From assembly GCA_963770895.1 (NCBI GenBank), contig CAVYRF010000002.1, forward strand, positions 3,680,001 to 3,744,000: a stretch of 64,000 nt of DNA, given 5' to 3'. The notes under the pieces were generated by a model. That model made no database searches, was not told the DNA's origin, and was given only the letters and a program-made list of their open reading frames with translations. Of this stretch, positions 1 to 10,300 are shown piece after piece. The stretch comes from an uncultured Acidobacteriota bacterium (GTDB lineage Bacteria; Acidobacteriota; Thermoanaerobaculia; Multivoradales; UBA5704). Position 1 is the first letter of the stretch; every line of letters starts with the position of its first letter. The translations under genes were made by a program, and so were the position numbers.

Positions 1-1
1 C

Positions 2-3000
2 CTGACCGCCGAGCGCTTCGTGCCCGACCCGTATGCCGCAGCGCCGGGGGAGCGGCTGTACCGCACCGGCGACCGGGCGCGGCGGCGGGCCGACGGCGCG
101 GTGGAATTTGCCGGCCGCAACGACCTGCAGGTCAAAATCCGCGGTTTTCGCATCGAGCCGGGGGAGATCGAGGCGGCGATCCTGGCCGCCGCGCCGCAGC
201 TTGCCGCGGCGGTGGTCCTGGCGGTGGACGCGGGGGCGGCCGGCGACGGCGCCGGTGACAGTGCTGGCGACAGGCGCCTGGTGGCCTGCCTGGTTGCCGG
301 CGACGGCGCGATCCCCGGCGGCGGCGGCGGCGATCTCGCCGCCGGCCTGCGCCAGCGCCTCGCGGAGGTGCTGCCGCCGGTGATGGTGCCGGCCGCCTTC
401 GCCGTGCTGCCGCGGCTGCCGGTCACCGCCAACGGCAAGGTCGACCGCGGCGCGCTGGCGGCGGCGGCCGCGGCCGCCCTGGCTGCCGGCGGCGGCCGGC
501 AGGGCGGCGGCGAGGAAGACGGAGACGGGGCGCCGCGCACCCCTGTCGAAGAGCTGCTGGCCGGTATCTGGGCCGCCGTGCTGGGCGTCGAGCAGGTGCG
601 GCGGAACGATGACTTCCTGCGCCTGGGCGGCCATTCGCTGCTGCTCACCCGGCTGCTGTCGCGGGTGCGCGAGGCGTTCGGCGTCGAGATCGCCCTGGCC
701 GACCTGATCGCCACGCCGGCACTGGCCGAGCAGGCGGCGTGGATCGCGCAGGCGATGCGCCGCGACGACGGCGCCGCCGCCGTGCCGCCGCTCGCCCCGG
801 CGCCGCGCGACCGGCCGCTGCCGCTGTCGTATGCGCAGCAGCGGCTGTGGATCCTGGACCGCTTCGACCCCGGCCTGCCGGCCTACGACATCCCGTTGGC
901 CACCCACCTGGCGGGCCGGCTGGCGGTGGGGGACCTGGCCGCGGCGCTGGCCGGCGTGGTGGCGCGGCACGAGGTGCTGCGCACGCGTTTTGTCGCCGCC
1001 GCCGAGGGCGAGGAGCCGCAGCAGCTGGTGGCGCCGCCGCCGGCAACCGCGGCGGTGCGGCTGCCGGTCGTCGACCTGGCGGCGCTGCCGGCCGCGGCGC
1101 GGGCCGCCCAGCTGCGGCAGCTCCTGCACGGCGAGTCGGCCCGCCGCTTCGACCTGGCGCGCGGGCCGCTGTTTGTCGCCACGCTGGCGCGGCTGAGCGA
1201 GGGGGAGCACGTCCTGGTGCTCAACGTGCACCACATCGTCGCCGACGGCGCCTCGCTGGGCATCCTGTTTCGCGAAGTGGCGGCGCTGTACGCCGACCGC
1301 GCCGCGCCGCTGCCACCGCTGCCGGTGCAGTACGCCGACTACGCGATCTGGCAGCGCGGCTGGCTGCACGGCGCCGTGCTCGATCGCCAGATCGCCTATT
1401 GGCGCGAGCACCTGGCCGGCGCCTCGCCGCTCGGCCTGCCGACCGACCGGCCGCGCCCGCCGGTGCGCAGCTTCCGCGGCAGCCACGTGCCGGTGCCGCT
1501 GGCGCCGGCGCTGGCGGTGCCGCTCTGGGCCCGCGCCCGCGACGAGCGCGCGACGCCCTTCATGCTGCTGCTGGCGGCCTGGTTCGAGATGCAGGGCCGC
1601 CTGGCGGGGCGCGCCGACCTGACCGTCGGCACCCCGGTCGGCAACCGCGACCGGCTGCCGGCCGAAGGGCTGATCGGCTTCTTCGTCAACACCCTGGTGC
1701 TGCGCGCCGACGTCGGTGGGCGGCCCAGCGGCCGCGAGCTGCTGGCGCGGGTGCGGCAGACGGCGCTGGCCGCCTGGTCGCACCAGGACGTGCCGTTCGA
1801 AAAGCTGGTCGAAGAGCTGCAACCGCAGCGCAGCCTGGCGCTGGCGCCGTTTTTCCAGGTGCTGGTCGCCCTGGACCAGCCGCCGCCGCCGCCGCACCTG
1901 GGAGACCTCGCGGCGACGCCGGTCGAGATCGAAAGCGCCACCGCCAAGTTCGAGATCACCCTGGCGCTGTCGCTCGGCGACGGCGCCCTGGCGGCGGCGC
2001 TGGACTACAACTCCGACCTGTTCGACCGCACCACGGCGCGGCGCTTCGCCGGTCACTACGCGACGCTGCTCGCGGCGCTGCTGGCCGACCCCGAGCGCCC
2101 GGCGGGCGACCTCCCCATGCTGTCGGCCGGCGAGCGGCACCAACTGCTGGCCGAATGGAACGATGCCGGCCTGGCGGCCAGCCGCGCCCTGTCGGCCCTG
2201 GCGGCGGCCGGGCCCGCGGCGACCCTCGACCGGCTGTTCGCGCGGCAGGCGGCGGCGACGCCGGCGGCGCCAGCCCTCATCCATGGCGCCGAACGTCTCA
2301 CCTACCAGGAGCTGGACCGCCGGGCGAACCGGCTGGCGCACCGCCTGGCCGCCGCCGGCGTGGCGCCGGAAGTGCCGGTCGCGATCTTCCTGGACCGCAC
2401 CGCGGCGATGGTCGTCGCCGTGCTGGCCGTGCTCAAGGCGGGCGGCGCGTACGTGCCGCTCGATCCGGCGTATCCCGCCGAACGGCTGGCGCAGACGCTC
2501 GCCGCCTGCCGGGCGCCGGTCGTGGTCACCCGCGCGGTGCTGCGCGACCGCCTGCCGGCGGCGCCGGCCGCCCCGGCAGGAGGCGGGGGCGGAGCGGTGG
2601 CGCGCCTGTTGGTCGAGGTGGACGCGGCGGATCTCGCCGCCCTGCCCGACACGCCGCCGCCGGCCGCGGCGCAGAGCCACAACCTGGCCTACCTGATCTA
2701 CACCTCGGGTTCGACCGGCCGTCCCAAGGGGGTGGCCATCGAGCACGCCAGCGCCGTCGCCCTGCTGCGCTGGACGGCGGCCGCCTTTGCCGACGACGAG
2801 CTGGCGGTGACGGTGGCGGCGACCTCGCTGTGTTTCGACCTGTCGGTGTTCGAGCTGTTCGCGCCGCTCACCCGCGGCGGCGCCGTCGAGCTGGTCGGCA
2901 GTGCCCTGGACCTGGCGGCCGGCCGTGGCCGCCGCGGCGCCGCTGCCGGCGCTGCCGGCGATGGTGGCGATGGCACCGGCGGCACTGGCGGCACCAGGGG

Positions 3001-4306
3001 CGCCGGCGCCGCGGCGACGTTGCTCAACACCGTGCCGTCGGCCGTCGCCGAGCTGGTCGGCGCCGGCGCCCTGCCGCCGGCGCTGCGCACGCTGAACATG
3101 GCCGGCGAGCCGATCCCCGCGGCGCTTGCCGCGCGCCTGGCGGCCGCGGGCCCGGCGCGCATCCTCAACATGTACGGGCCGTCGGAGGCGACGACCTATT
3201 CGACCTGGGCGCGGGTCGAGCCGGCGGAGGCGGGGCCGCCGCCCATCGGCCGGCCGATCGCCGGCACCGCACTGTACCTGCTCGACGGCGAGCTGCGGCC
3301 GGTGCCGATCGGCACGCCGGGGCAGCTGTGGCTGGGGGGCGAGGGGCTGGCGCGGGGCTACTTCAGCGCCCCCGACCAGACCGCCGCCGCCTTTCTGCCG
3401 CACCCCTTCGCCGAGGGCGGCCAGCGCCTGTACCGCACCGGCGACCTGGCCCGCGCCCGCGCCGACGGCCGTTGCGAATTTTTGGGACGCATCGATCACC
3501 AGGTGAAGGTGCGCGGCTTCCGCATCGAGCTGGGCGAGATCGAAGCGGCGCTGCGGCTGCATCCGGCGGTGGCGGCGGCGGCGGCGGCGGTGCTGCCCGG
3601 CCAGACCGCGCCCGAAGATCGCCGGCTGGTGGCCTACGTCGTGCCGCGCGAGCCCGCCGCGGGCGCGGCGGCGCCGGTGATCCTCGAGGGCGACCTGCGC
3701 GCGCTGATGCGCGCCCGCCTGCCCGAGTTCATGCTGCCGGCGGCGTTCGTGACGCTGGCGGCGTTGCCGCTGTCGCCCAACGGCAAGCTGGACCGCGCGG
3801 CGCTGCCGGCGCCTGACGGCGTGCGCCGCGCGGCGGCGCCCTTTGTCGAGGCAGGCAACGCGGTGGAGCGCACCGTGGCCGGTGCGGTCGGCGAAGTGCT
3901 GGGGCTGGACCGCGTGGGCCTGAACGACAACTTCTTCGACCTGGGCGGCCATTCGCTGCAGCTGGTGCGCGCCGCCAGCCTGTGCGAAAAACGCCTGGGG
4001 CGCCGCGTCGACGCGCTCGATTTCTTTCGCTTTCCCAACGTGGCGGCGCTCGCCGCCCATCTTGCCGCGCCGCCGGCCGGCGCCGCCGGACACGCCGGAG
4101 ACGCCGGAGAGCAGACGCCGCCGCCGGCGATGGACCCGCCGGCGCCGGCAACGCCGCCGTTGGCGGCCTTCGCGCCGCCCGCGCTGGCCGCCACGGCCGC
4201 CACGGCCGGCGAGCGGCAGCCGCTCACCGACCGCGCGCTGCGGCGCGCCGTGCGGCGCCAGGCGGCCGGGGTCGCGGTGCCGGCCGACCCCAGAGATCCC
4301 GTTTAG
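2..4306 (+). CDS. NRPS, 5'-partial (orf1): end of A domain - PCP - C(LCL) - A(Ala-like) - PCP - C-terminal docking tail
   Basis: The frame is open from base 2 (LTAERFVPDP...YRTGD), so the GTG at 20 is not the true start. Motifs: PCP LGGHSLL, C HHIVADG, A3 YLIYTSGSTGRPKG, A10 NGKLDR, PCP LGGHSLQ. Manual A code DLFNNAMTYK is close to the Ala code DLFNNALTYK. Stop TAG at 4304-4306. Confidence 0.95.
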   Translation: MTAERFVPDPYAAAPGERLYRTGDRARRRADGAVEFAGRNDLQVKIRGFRIEPGEIEAAILAAAPQLAAAVVLAVDAGAAGDGAGDSAGDRRLVACLVAGDGAIPGGGGGDLAAGLRQRLAEVLPPVMVPAAFAVLPRLPVTANGKVDRGALAAAAAAALAAGGGRQGGGEEDGDGAPRTPVEELLAGIWAAVLGVEQVRRNDDFLRLGGHSLLLTRLLSRVREAFGVEIALADLIATPALAEQAAWIAQAMRRDDGAAAVPPLAPAPRDRPLPLSYAQQRLWILDRFDPGLPAYDIPLATHLAGRLAVGDLAAALAGVVARHEVLRTRFVAAAEGEEPQQLVAPPPATAAVRLPVVDLAALPAAARAAQLRQLLHGESARRFDLARGPLFVATLARLSEGEHVLVLNVHHIVADGASLGILFREVAALYADRAAPLPPLPVQYADYAIWQRGWLHGAVLDRQIAYWREHLAGASPLGLPTDRPRPPVRSFRGSHVPVPLAPALAVPLWARARDERATPFMLLLAAWFEMQGRLAGRADLTVGTPVGNRDRLPAEGLIGFFVNTLVLRADVGGRPSGRELLARVRQTALAAWSHQDVPFEKLVEELQPQRSLALAPFFQVLVALDQPPPPPHLGDLAATPVEIESATAKFEITLALSLGDGALAAALDYNSDLFDRTTARRFAGHYATLLAALLADPERPAGDLPMLSAGERHQLLAEWNDAGLAASRALSALAAAGPAATLDRLFARQAAATPAAPALIHGAERLTYQELDRRANRLAHRLAAAGVAPEVPVAIFLDRTAAMVVAVLAVLKAGGAYVPLDPAYPAERLAQTLAACRAPVVVTRAVLRDRLPAAPAAPAGGGGGAVARLLVEVDAADLAALPDTPPPAAAQSHNLAYLIYTSGSTGRPKGVAIEHASAVALLRWTAAAFADDELAVTVAATSLCFDLSVFELFAPLTRGGAVELVGSALDLAAGRGRRGAAAGAAGDGGDGTGGTGGTRGAGAAATLLNTVPSAVAELVGAGALPPALRTLNMAGEPIPAALAARLAAAGPARILNMYGPSEATTYSTWARVEPAEAGPPPIGRPIAGTALYLLDGELRPVPIGTPGQLWLGGEGLARGYFSAPDQTAAAFLPHPFAEGGQRLYRTGDLARARADGRCEFLGRIDHQVKVRGFRIELGEIEAALRLHPAVAAAAAAVLPGQTAPEDRRLVAYVVPREPAAGAAAPVILEGDLRALMRARLPEFMLPAAFVTLAALPLSPNGKLDRAALPAPDGVRRAAAPFVEAGNAVERTVAGAVGEVLGLDRVGLNDNFFDLGGHSLQLVRAASLCEKRLGRRVDALDFFRFPNVAALAAHLAAPPAGAAGHAGDAGEQTPPPAMDPPAPATPPLAAFAPPALAATAATAGERQPLTDRALRRAVRRQAAGVAVPADPRDPV

Positions 4307-4309
4307 GAG
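4305..4309 (+). promoter_or_regulatory. Shine-Dalgarno AGGAG for orf2
   Basis: AGGAG overlaps the orf1 stop and ends 9 nt before ATG 4319, which favours that ATG over GTG 4313. Confidence 0.6.
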
Positions 4310-4318
4310 CGTGTGCGC

Positions 4319-7300
4319 ATGGCGGAGCCGCAAGCAGAACCGTTGTTCGAACCGATCGCCGTCATCGGCATGGCGGGGCGCTTTCCCGGCGCCGCCGACG
4401 TCGACCAGCTGTGGCGCAACCTGTGCGCCGGCCACGTCGCCATCACGCGCTTCACCGCCCAGGAGCTGGCCGCGGCGGGAGTGCCGGCCGATGTGGCGGC
4501 CGATCCGCTCTACGTGCCGGCCAAGGGGGTGATCGACGGGGTCGAGCTGTTCGACGCCGACTTCTTCGGTTTCACGCCCGCCGAGGCGGAGGTGATGGAC
4601 CCGCAGCAGCGCCTCTTTCTGGAATGCGCCTGGATGGCCTGCGAAGACGCCGGGTACGCGCCGCGCACCTACCCCGGCCGCATCGGGGTCTACGCCGGCG
4701 CCGGCTTCAGCAGCTACCTGATCAACCACTTGATGAGCCGGCCCGAGCGTTTGGCGGCGGTGGGCGGGCTGGCGGCGCGGCTGCTCAACGACAAGGATTT
4801 TCTCACCACCCACGTCTCCTACAAGCTCAACCTGCGCGGTCCCAGCATCGCGGTGCAGACCGCCTGCTCGACCTCGCTGGTCGCCGTTCACCTGGCCTGC
4901 CAGGCGCTGCTGGAAGGCGACTGCGAAATGGCGCTGGCCGGCGGCGTGGCGGCAAGTTTCCCTCACCGCGTCGGCTACCTGTACCAGGAGGGCAGCATCG
5001 CGTCGCCTGACGGGCGCTGCCGCTCCTTCGACAGCCGCGCCCAGGGCACCGTCGAAGGCAGCGGCGCCGGCGCCGTGCTGCTCAAGCGGCTGGCCGACGC
5101 GCTGGCCGACGGCGACGTGGTGTACGCGGTGGTGCGCGGCACGGCGGTCAACAACGACGGCGCCGGCAAGGCCGGCTACACCGCGCCCGGCAGCGACGGC
5201 CAGACGCAGGTGGTCGGCGGCGCGCTGGCCATCGCCGGCGTGGCGGCGGACAGTATCGGCTACGTGGAGGCCCACGGCAGCGCCACCGCCCTGGGCGACC
5301 CCATCGAGGTCGCCTCGCTGACCCGCGCCTTCCGCGCCTCGACCGCCCGCCGCGGCTTCTGCGCCCTGGGCTCGATCAAGGCCAACCTCGGCCACGCCGA
5401 CAACGCCGCCGGCATCGCCAGCCTGATCAAGGTCGTGCAGGCCCTGCGCCACCGCCGCATCCCCCCCAGCCCCGACTTCGGCGAGCCCAATCCGCGCCTG
5501 GACCTGGCCGCCAGCCCCTTCTACGTCGCCACCCAAGCCGCCGCCTGGCCCGCCGGCCCCGCGCCACGCCGCGCCGGCGTCAGCTCGCTCGGCATCGGCG
5601 GCACCAACGCCCACCTGATCCTGGAAGAGGCGCCGGCAGCAGAGGTGGGAGACGGCGCGGCGCGTCCCACCCGCCCGTGGCAGCTGCTCGCGCTGTCCGC
5701 GCGCACCGCCGCGGAGCTGGCCGCCGCCGCCGGCCGGTTGGCCGAACGGCTGGCGCTGGCGGGCACCGCCGCGCTGGAGATCGGTGCAATGCCGGAGGCC
5801 GCTGCCGCGGCGGGCGACAAGCCCGCGCTGGCGGGCGCCGGGGCGTTGGGAGCTGCGCCGGGACCCGATGCCGGGCTGGCGGCCGGCGCGGCGCCAGCAG
5901 CGGGTGTGATGCCGGGAGCCGCTGCCAGGCCGGCAGCCGGTGCGGCGCCGCAGGATGCTGTGATGTCGGGAACCGATACTGGACCGGCGGGCGACGGTGT
6001 GGCGTCTGAGGATGTGCTGCCGGGTCCTTTGGATTTTGCGGATGCCGCGCATACGTTGCGGGTTGGCCGCCAGGCTTTCCGGCACCGGCTGGCCTTGGTT
6101 TGCCGCGACGCGGGCGAGGCGCGCGAGCGGCTGGCGCGGTTTGCGGCCCGCGGTGGGGCTGGCGAGGCGGCGGCAGGCGAGATCGGCGGCCTTGCCCCCG
6201 AGGCGGCGGCGGTGGTGACGTTTCTGCTGCCGGGGCTGGGTGACCAGCTGAGCGGCATGGGCGGCGAGCTGTACCGGCAGGAGCCGGCGTTTCGCGCCGC
6301 CATCGACCGCGCTGCCGAAGTGCTCAAGCCGCACCTGGACCAAGATCTGCGCGACGTGCTTTTTCCTGGGGTGCCGGACGCCGCCGCGGACACCGGTGCG
6401 CCGGCCCAGGCAGGAGAGGCGCCGGCGGCGCAAGGGCCGCTGGCAGGCTCGCCGCCTCCATCGGCGGCGGCGTCACCGGCGTCGGCGGGGCGGTTGGATC
6501 TGCGCCGGCTGCTGGCGCCGGCGGTGGACGCGGCGGAGGCGGCGCGGCCGATCCAGCGGACGGTGTTCGCCCATCCGGCGGTGTTTGCCCTGGAGTATGC
6601 GCTGGCGGCGGTGTGGAGCGAGTGGGGCATCCGGCCGGGGGCGCTGATCGGTTACAGCCTGGGCGAGATGGTGGCGGCGTGCCTGGCGGGGGTCTATTCG
6701 CTGGAGGACGGGCTGGCCCTGGTGGCGGCGCGGGCGCGGCTGATCGAGGAGCTGCCGGCGGGAGCGATGCTGGCGGTGCCGCTGGCCGCCGGCGAGGTGG
6801 TGCCGCTGCTGGGCGCCGCCCCTGACCTGTCGCTGGCGGCGGACAACGGCCCTGCCATGTCGGTTGTCGGCGGGCCGGAGCAGGCGGTGCAGGAGTTTGC
6901 GCGGCTGCTGGCCGAGCGCGGCGTCGCCTGCCGCCAGCTGCAGACCCGCCACGCCTTCCACACGCGGGCGATGCAGCCGATTGTCGGCGAGCTGACGCGG
7001 CTGGCGGGGTCGATCCGCCTGGCGCCGCCGCGGCTGCCGGTGATCTCGAACGTCACCGGCTCCTGGCTCACCGACGCCGAGGCGACCGATCCCGGGTATT
7101 GGGCGCGCCATCTGTGCGAGCCGGTGCGCTTCGCCGAGGGGCTGGACACGCTGCTGGCGGCGGCGCCGCGGGTGCTGCTGGAGGTGGGGCCGGGCCAGAC
7201 CCTGGGGACGCTGGCGCGCCAGCATCCGGGGCGGCCGGCGGGTCAGCTGGTGGCGGCGTCGCTGCCCGGCCGCGCCAGCCAGCACGGCGAGCAGGCGGCG

Positions 7301-10300
7301 ATGCTGGAATCGCTGGGCCGCCTGTGGGTGGCGGGCGCGGCGCCCGATTGGACGGGCTTCGCGGCGCACGAGCGCCGGCGCCGCGTGTCGCTGCCGACCT
7401 ACCCTTGGAACCGCCGCCCCTACCTGGTCGAGCCCCGCGAGCCGCAGGCCGGCGCGCCGGCTGCCGACGCGGCGGCGCGGCGGGCGCCGGCCGACTGGTT
7501 TCACGCCCCGGTCTGGGAGCGCGCGCCCGAAGAGCTGCCGCCCACCCTGGAAGGCCGCTGGCTGCTGCTGCTCGACGCCGGCGGCGTGGGCGACCGCCTG
7601 GGTGACCTGCTGGAAAACCGCGGTGCTCAGGTGGTGCGGGTGGCCGCCTACGTGCCGTCCCTGACGGGGGTCGCGGAGGCCACGGAAATCTTGGGTCCTC
7701 CAGGCGAAGCGGTGACGGCGGGTGCATCGGCCGATTCCTGGGCGTCGGGCCAGACGCTCCGGGCGATCGATCCGCGCCGGCCGGAGGAGTGGCGGGCGCT
7801 GTTTGCGGATCTGGCGGGGACGGGCGTGCCGCCGCGGCACGTGGTGCACCTGGCGAGCCTGGGTGCGGCGGCGGACGCGGTGGAGGAGACCGGGTTTTTC
7901 AGCCTGGTCCACCTGGCGCAGGCCCTGGGAGGCTCCGAGCTGCCGCGGCCGCTGCACGTGGCGGTGGTGAGCGACGGCCTGCACGCGGTGATCGGCGGCG
8001 AGCCGGTCTGGCCGCTCAAGGCGACGCTGCTGGGTCCCTGCCGTGTCATGCCGCAGGAGATCGACGGCGTGACCTGCTCGGTCGTCGACGTCGAGCTGCC
8101 GGCCGGGCCGCCGTCCGCCGTCTGGCTGGCTCGCCTTGCCGGCGAGCCGGCGCTGGCTGGCCCGGCGCCGAGCGAGGCGCCTGTGGCAGCCGACGGTTCC
8201 GGCCGGCCGGTGTCCTTGGCGACGCCGGCAGGATCGTCCACGATGGCAGAGTCCGTGTCTCTAGGAGCCGCATCGTCTCCGGCGCCGCTGGCGTCGGCTG
8301 CGCCGGAGCCGGTGGTGGCGTTGCGCGGCGGGCACCGCTGGCTGCCGCGGTGGCGGCGGGTGCGGGTGGCGGAGCCGCGCGGGGCGTTGGCGCGGCGGCT
8401 GCGCCGCGGCGGCGTGTACCTGATCGCCGGTGGGCTGGGTGAGGGCGCCGTGGCGATCGCGGAGCGGCTGTTCGAGAGCGCCGGCGCCCATGTCGCGCTG
8501 CTGGCGGGCGAGGGCGAGCCGGCGCGGCCGCAGTGGGAGCGGTGGCTGTCGGCGTACGACGATAGCGATGCGACGTCGCGCCGGCTGCGGCGGCTCCTGG
8601 CCCTGGAACGGCGCGGCTGCCAGCTGCTGGTGTCCAGCGTCGACCTGGCGCAGCCGGCGAGCGTGGCGGCGGCGGTGGCCGCGGTGCGGCGCCGCTGCGG
8701 GGCGCTGCACGGGGTGTTGCTGGCGGCGCCGGAGCCGGGCGGTGGGTTGCTGGCCTGGCTGACGCGCAAACAGGCGTCGGCAGGGTTGGCCCCCTGGGTG
8801 CGCGGCACGGCGGCGCTGGCGTCGGCGGTGGCGGGGCTGCCGCTGGACCTGTTCGTCCTGTGCGGCAGCTGCGCGGCGCTGACCGGCGGTTTCGGCAGGA
8901 CCGTGGCGACGGCCGCCGCGGCGTTCGTGGACGCCTTTGCGCACGCGTCGGCGGCTGCCGCCACTGCTGCCGCGTCGTCCGCTGCTACGTCGTCCGCCGC
9001 CGATCCCGGTCCCGCGGCGCTGCCGGTGGTGCAGGCGATCGATTGGGGGCTTTTCGCCTGGCAGGGCGTGGCGGCGCCGAGCGGGCAGGCGGCCGCTGCG
9101 TTGCAGGCCGGTGTCGACCTGTACGGCATCCGCCGCGGCGAGCTCGGCGACGCCCTGGCGCGCGTGCTGGACGCGCCGCTGGCGCAGGTGGCGGTGGTGA
9201 CCCAGGACCTTGCGGCGCTGACGGCGCAGGTGGCGGCGCTGCGCAGCACGCTGCTGCCGTCCGGCGCGGCGGCGGCAGGCGCCGCCGCGAGCGCCGGCGA
9301 TGACCGGCAGGGCGGCCAGGGTGGGCACGGCGGGCACGCCCGCGCCGACCTGGCGACCGCCTACGCGGCGCCCGCGACGGCGGTCGAGCGGACGATCGCG
9401 GCGGTCTGGCAGGATGCTTTCGGCATCGACCGGGTGGGCGTCCACGACAACTTCTTCGACCTGGCGGGCAATTCGCTGCTGGCCATCCAGATCGTCACCC
9501 GCATCGCCCAGGCGCTGGCGGTGGACCTGTCGATGACCACCCTGCTGGAAGGCCCGACCGTGGCCGAGCTGGCGCGCCACGTCGAGGCGCTGCTGGCTGG
9601 CGGCGCACCCGGCGATCCGATGCAGCCAGCGGCGCCGGAGGAGTCAGCGGTGTCGCCGGCCGCCGGTTTCGTGGCTACCGCGGCATCCGTGGCGGCAAAG
9701 ACTTCGCCGTCGACGGCGGTTCCGACGCCGGCGCAAGCCGCGCCCGGCCAGGTGGCGGTGGCCGGGGCCGGCGGTCCGGCAGACGCACCTGCTGCTGCGG
9801 CGGCCTTGCCCGGCGCGGCGCCCTCGGTCGTGCGGCATGCGCCGCGCGAGTGGTACCCGCTGTCGTTTGACCAGGAGCGGCTCTGGTTCAATCAGCAGCT
9901 GGACCTGGCGAGCCCGGCGTACAACATCTACACCGCGAGCCGCTACAAGGGGCCGCTGGACATGGTGCTGCTGGCCCGCGCGCTCAACGAGGTGGTGCGG
10001 CGCCACGACGTGCTGCGCACCACGTTCCACCAGCGCGACGGGCAGCCGGAGCAGCGGGTGGCGCCGCGGATGCTGGTCGGCGTGCCGCAGGTGGACCTGC
10101 GCGCCCTGCCGGTCGAGCGCCGCGAAGCGGAGGCGCGGCGGTGGGCGGACGCGATGGCGAGCGCGCCGTTCGCCCTGGACCGGCTGCCGCTGTTCCGCAC
10201 CCTGATGCTGCAGGTCGGCGACCAGGAACGGATCCTGCCGATCTGCATCCACCACATCGTCACCGACTGGGTTTCGTACTACATCTTCGAAAACGAGCTG

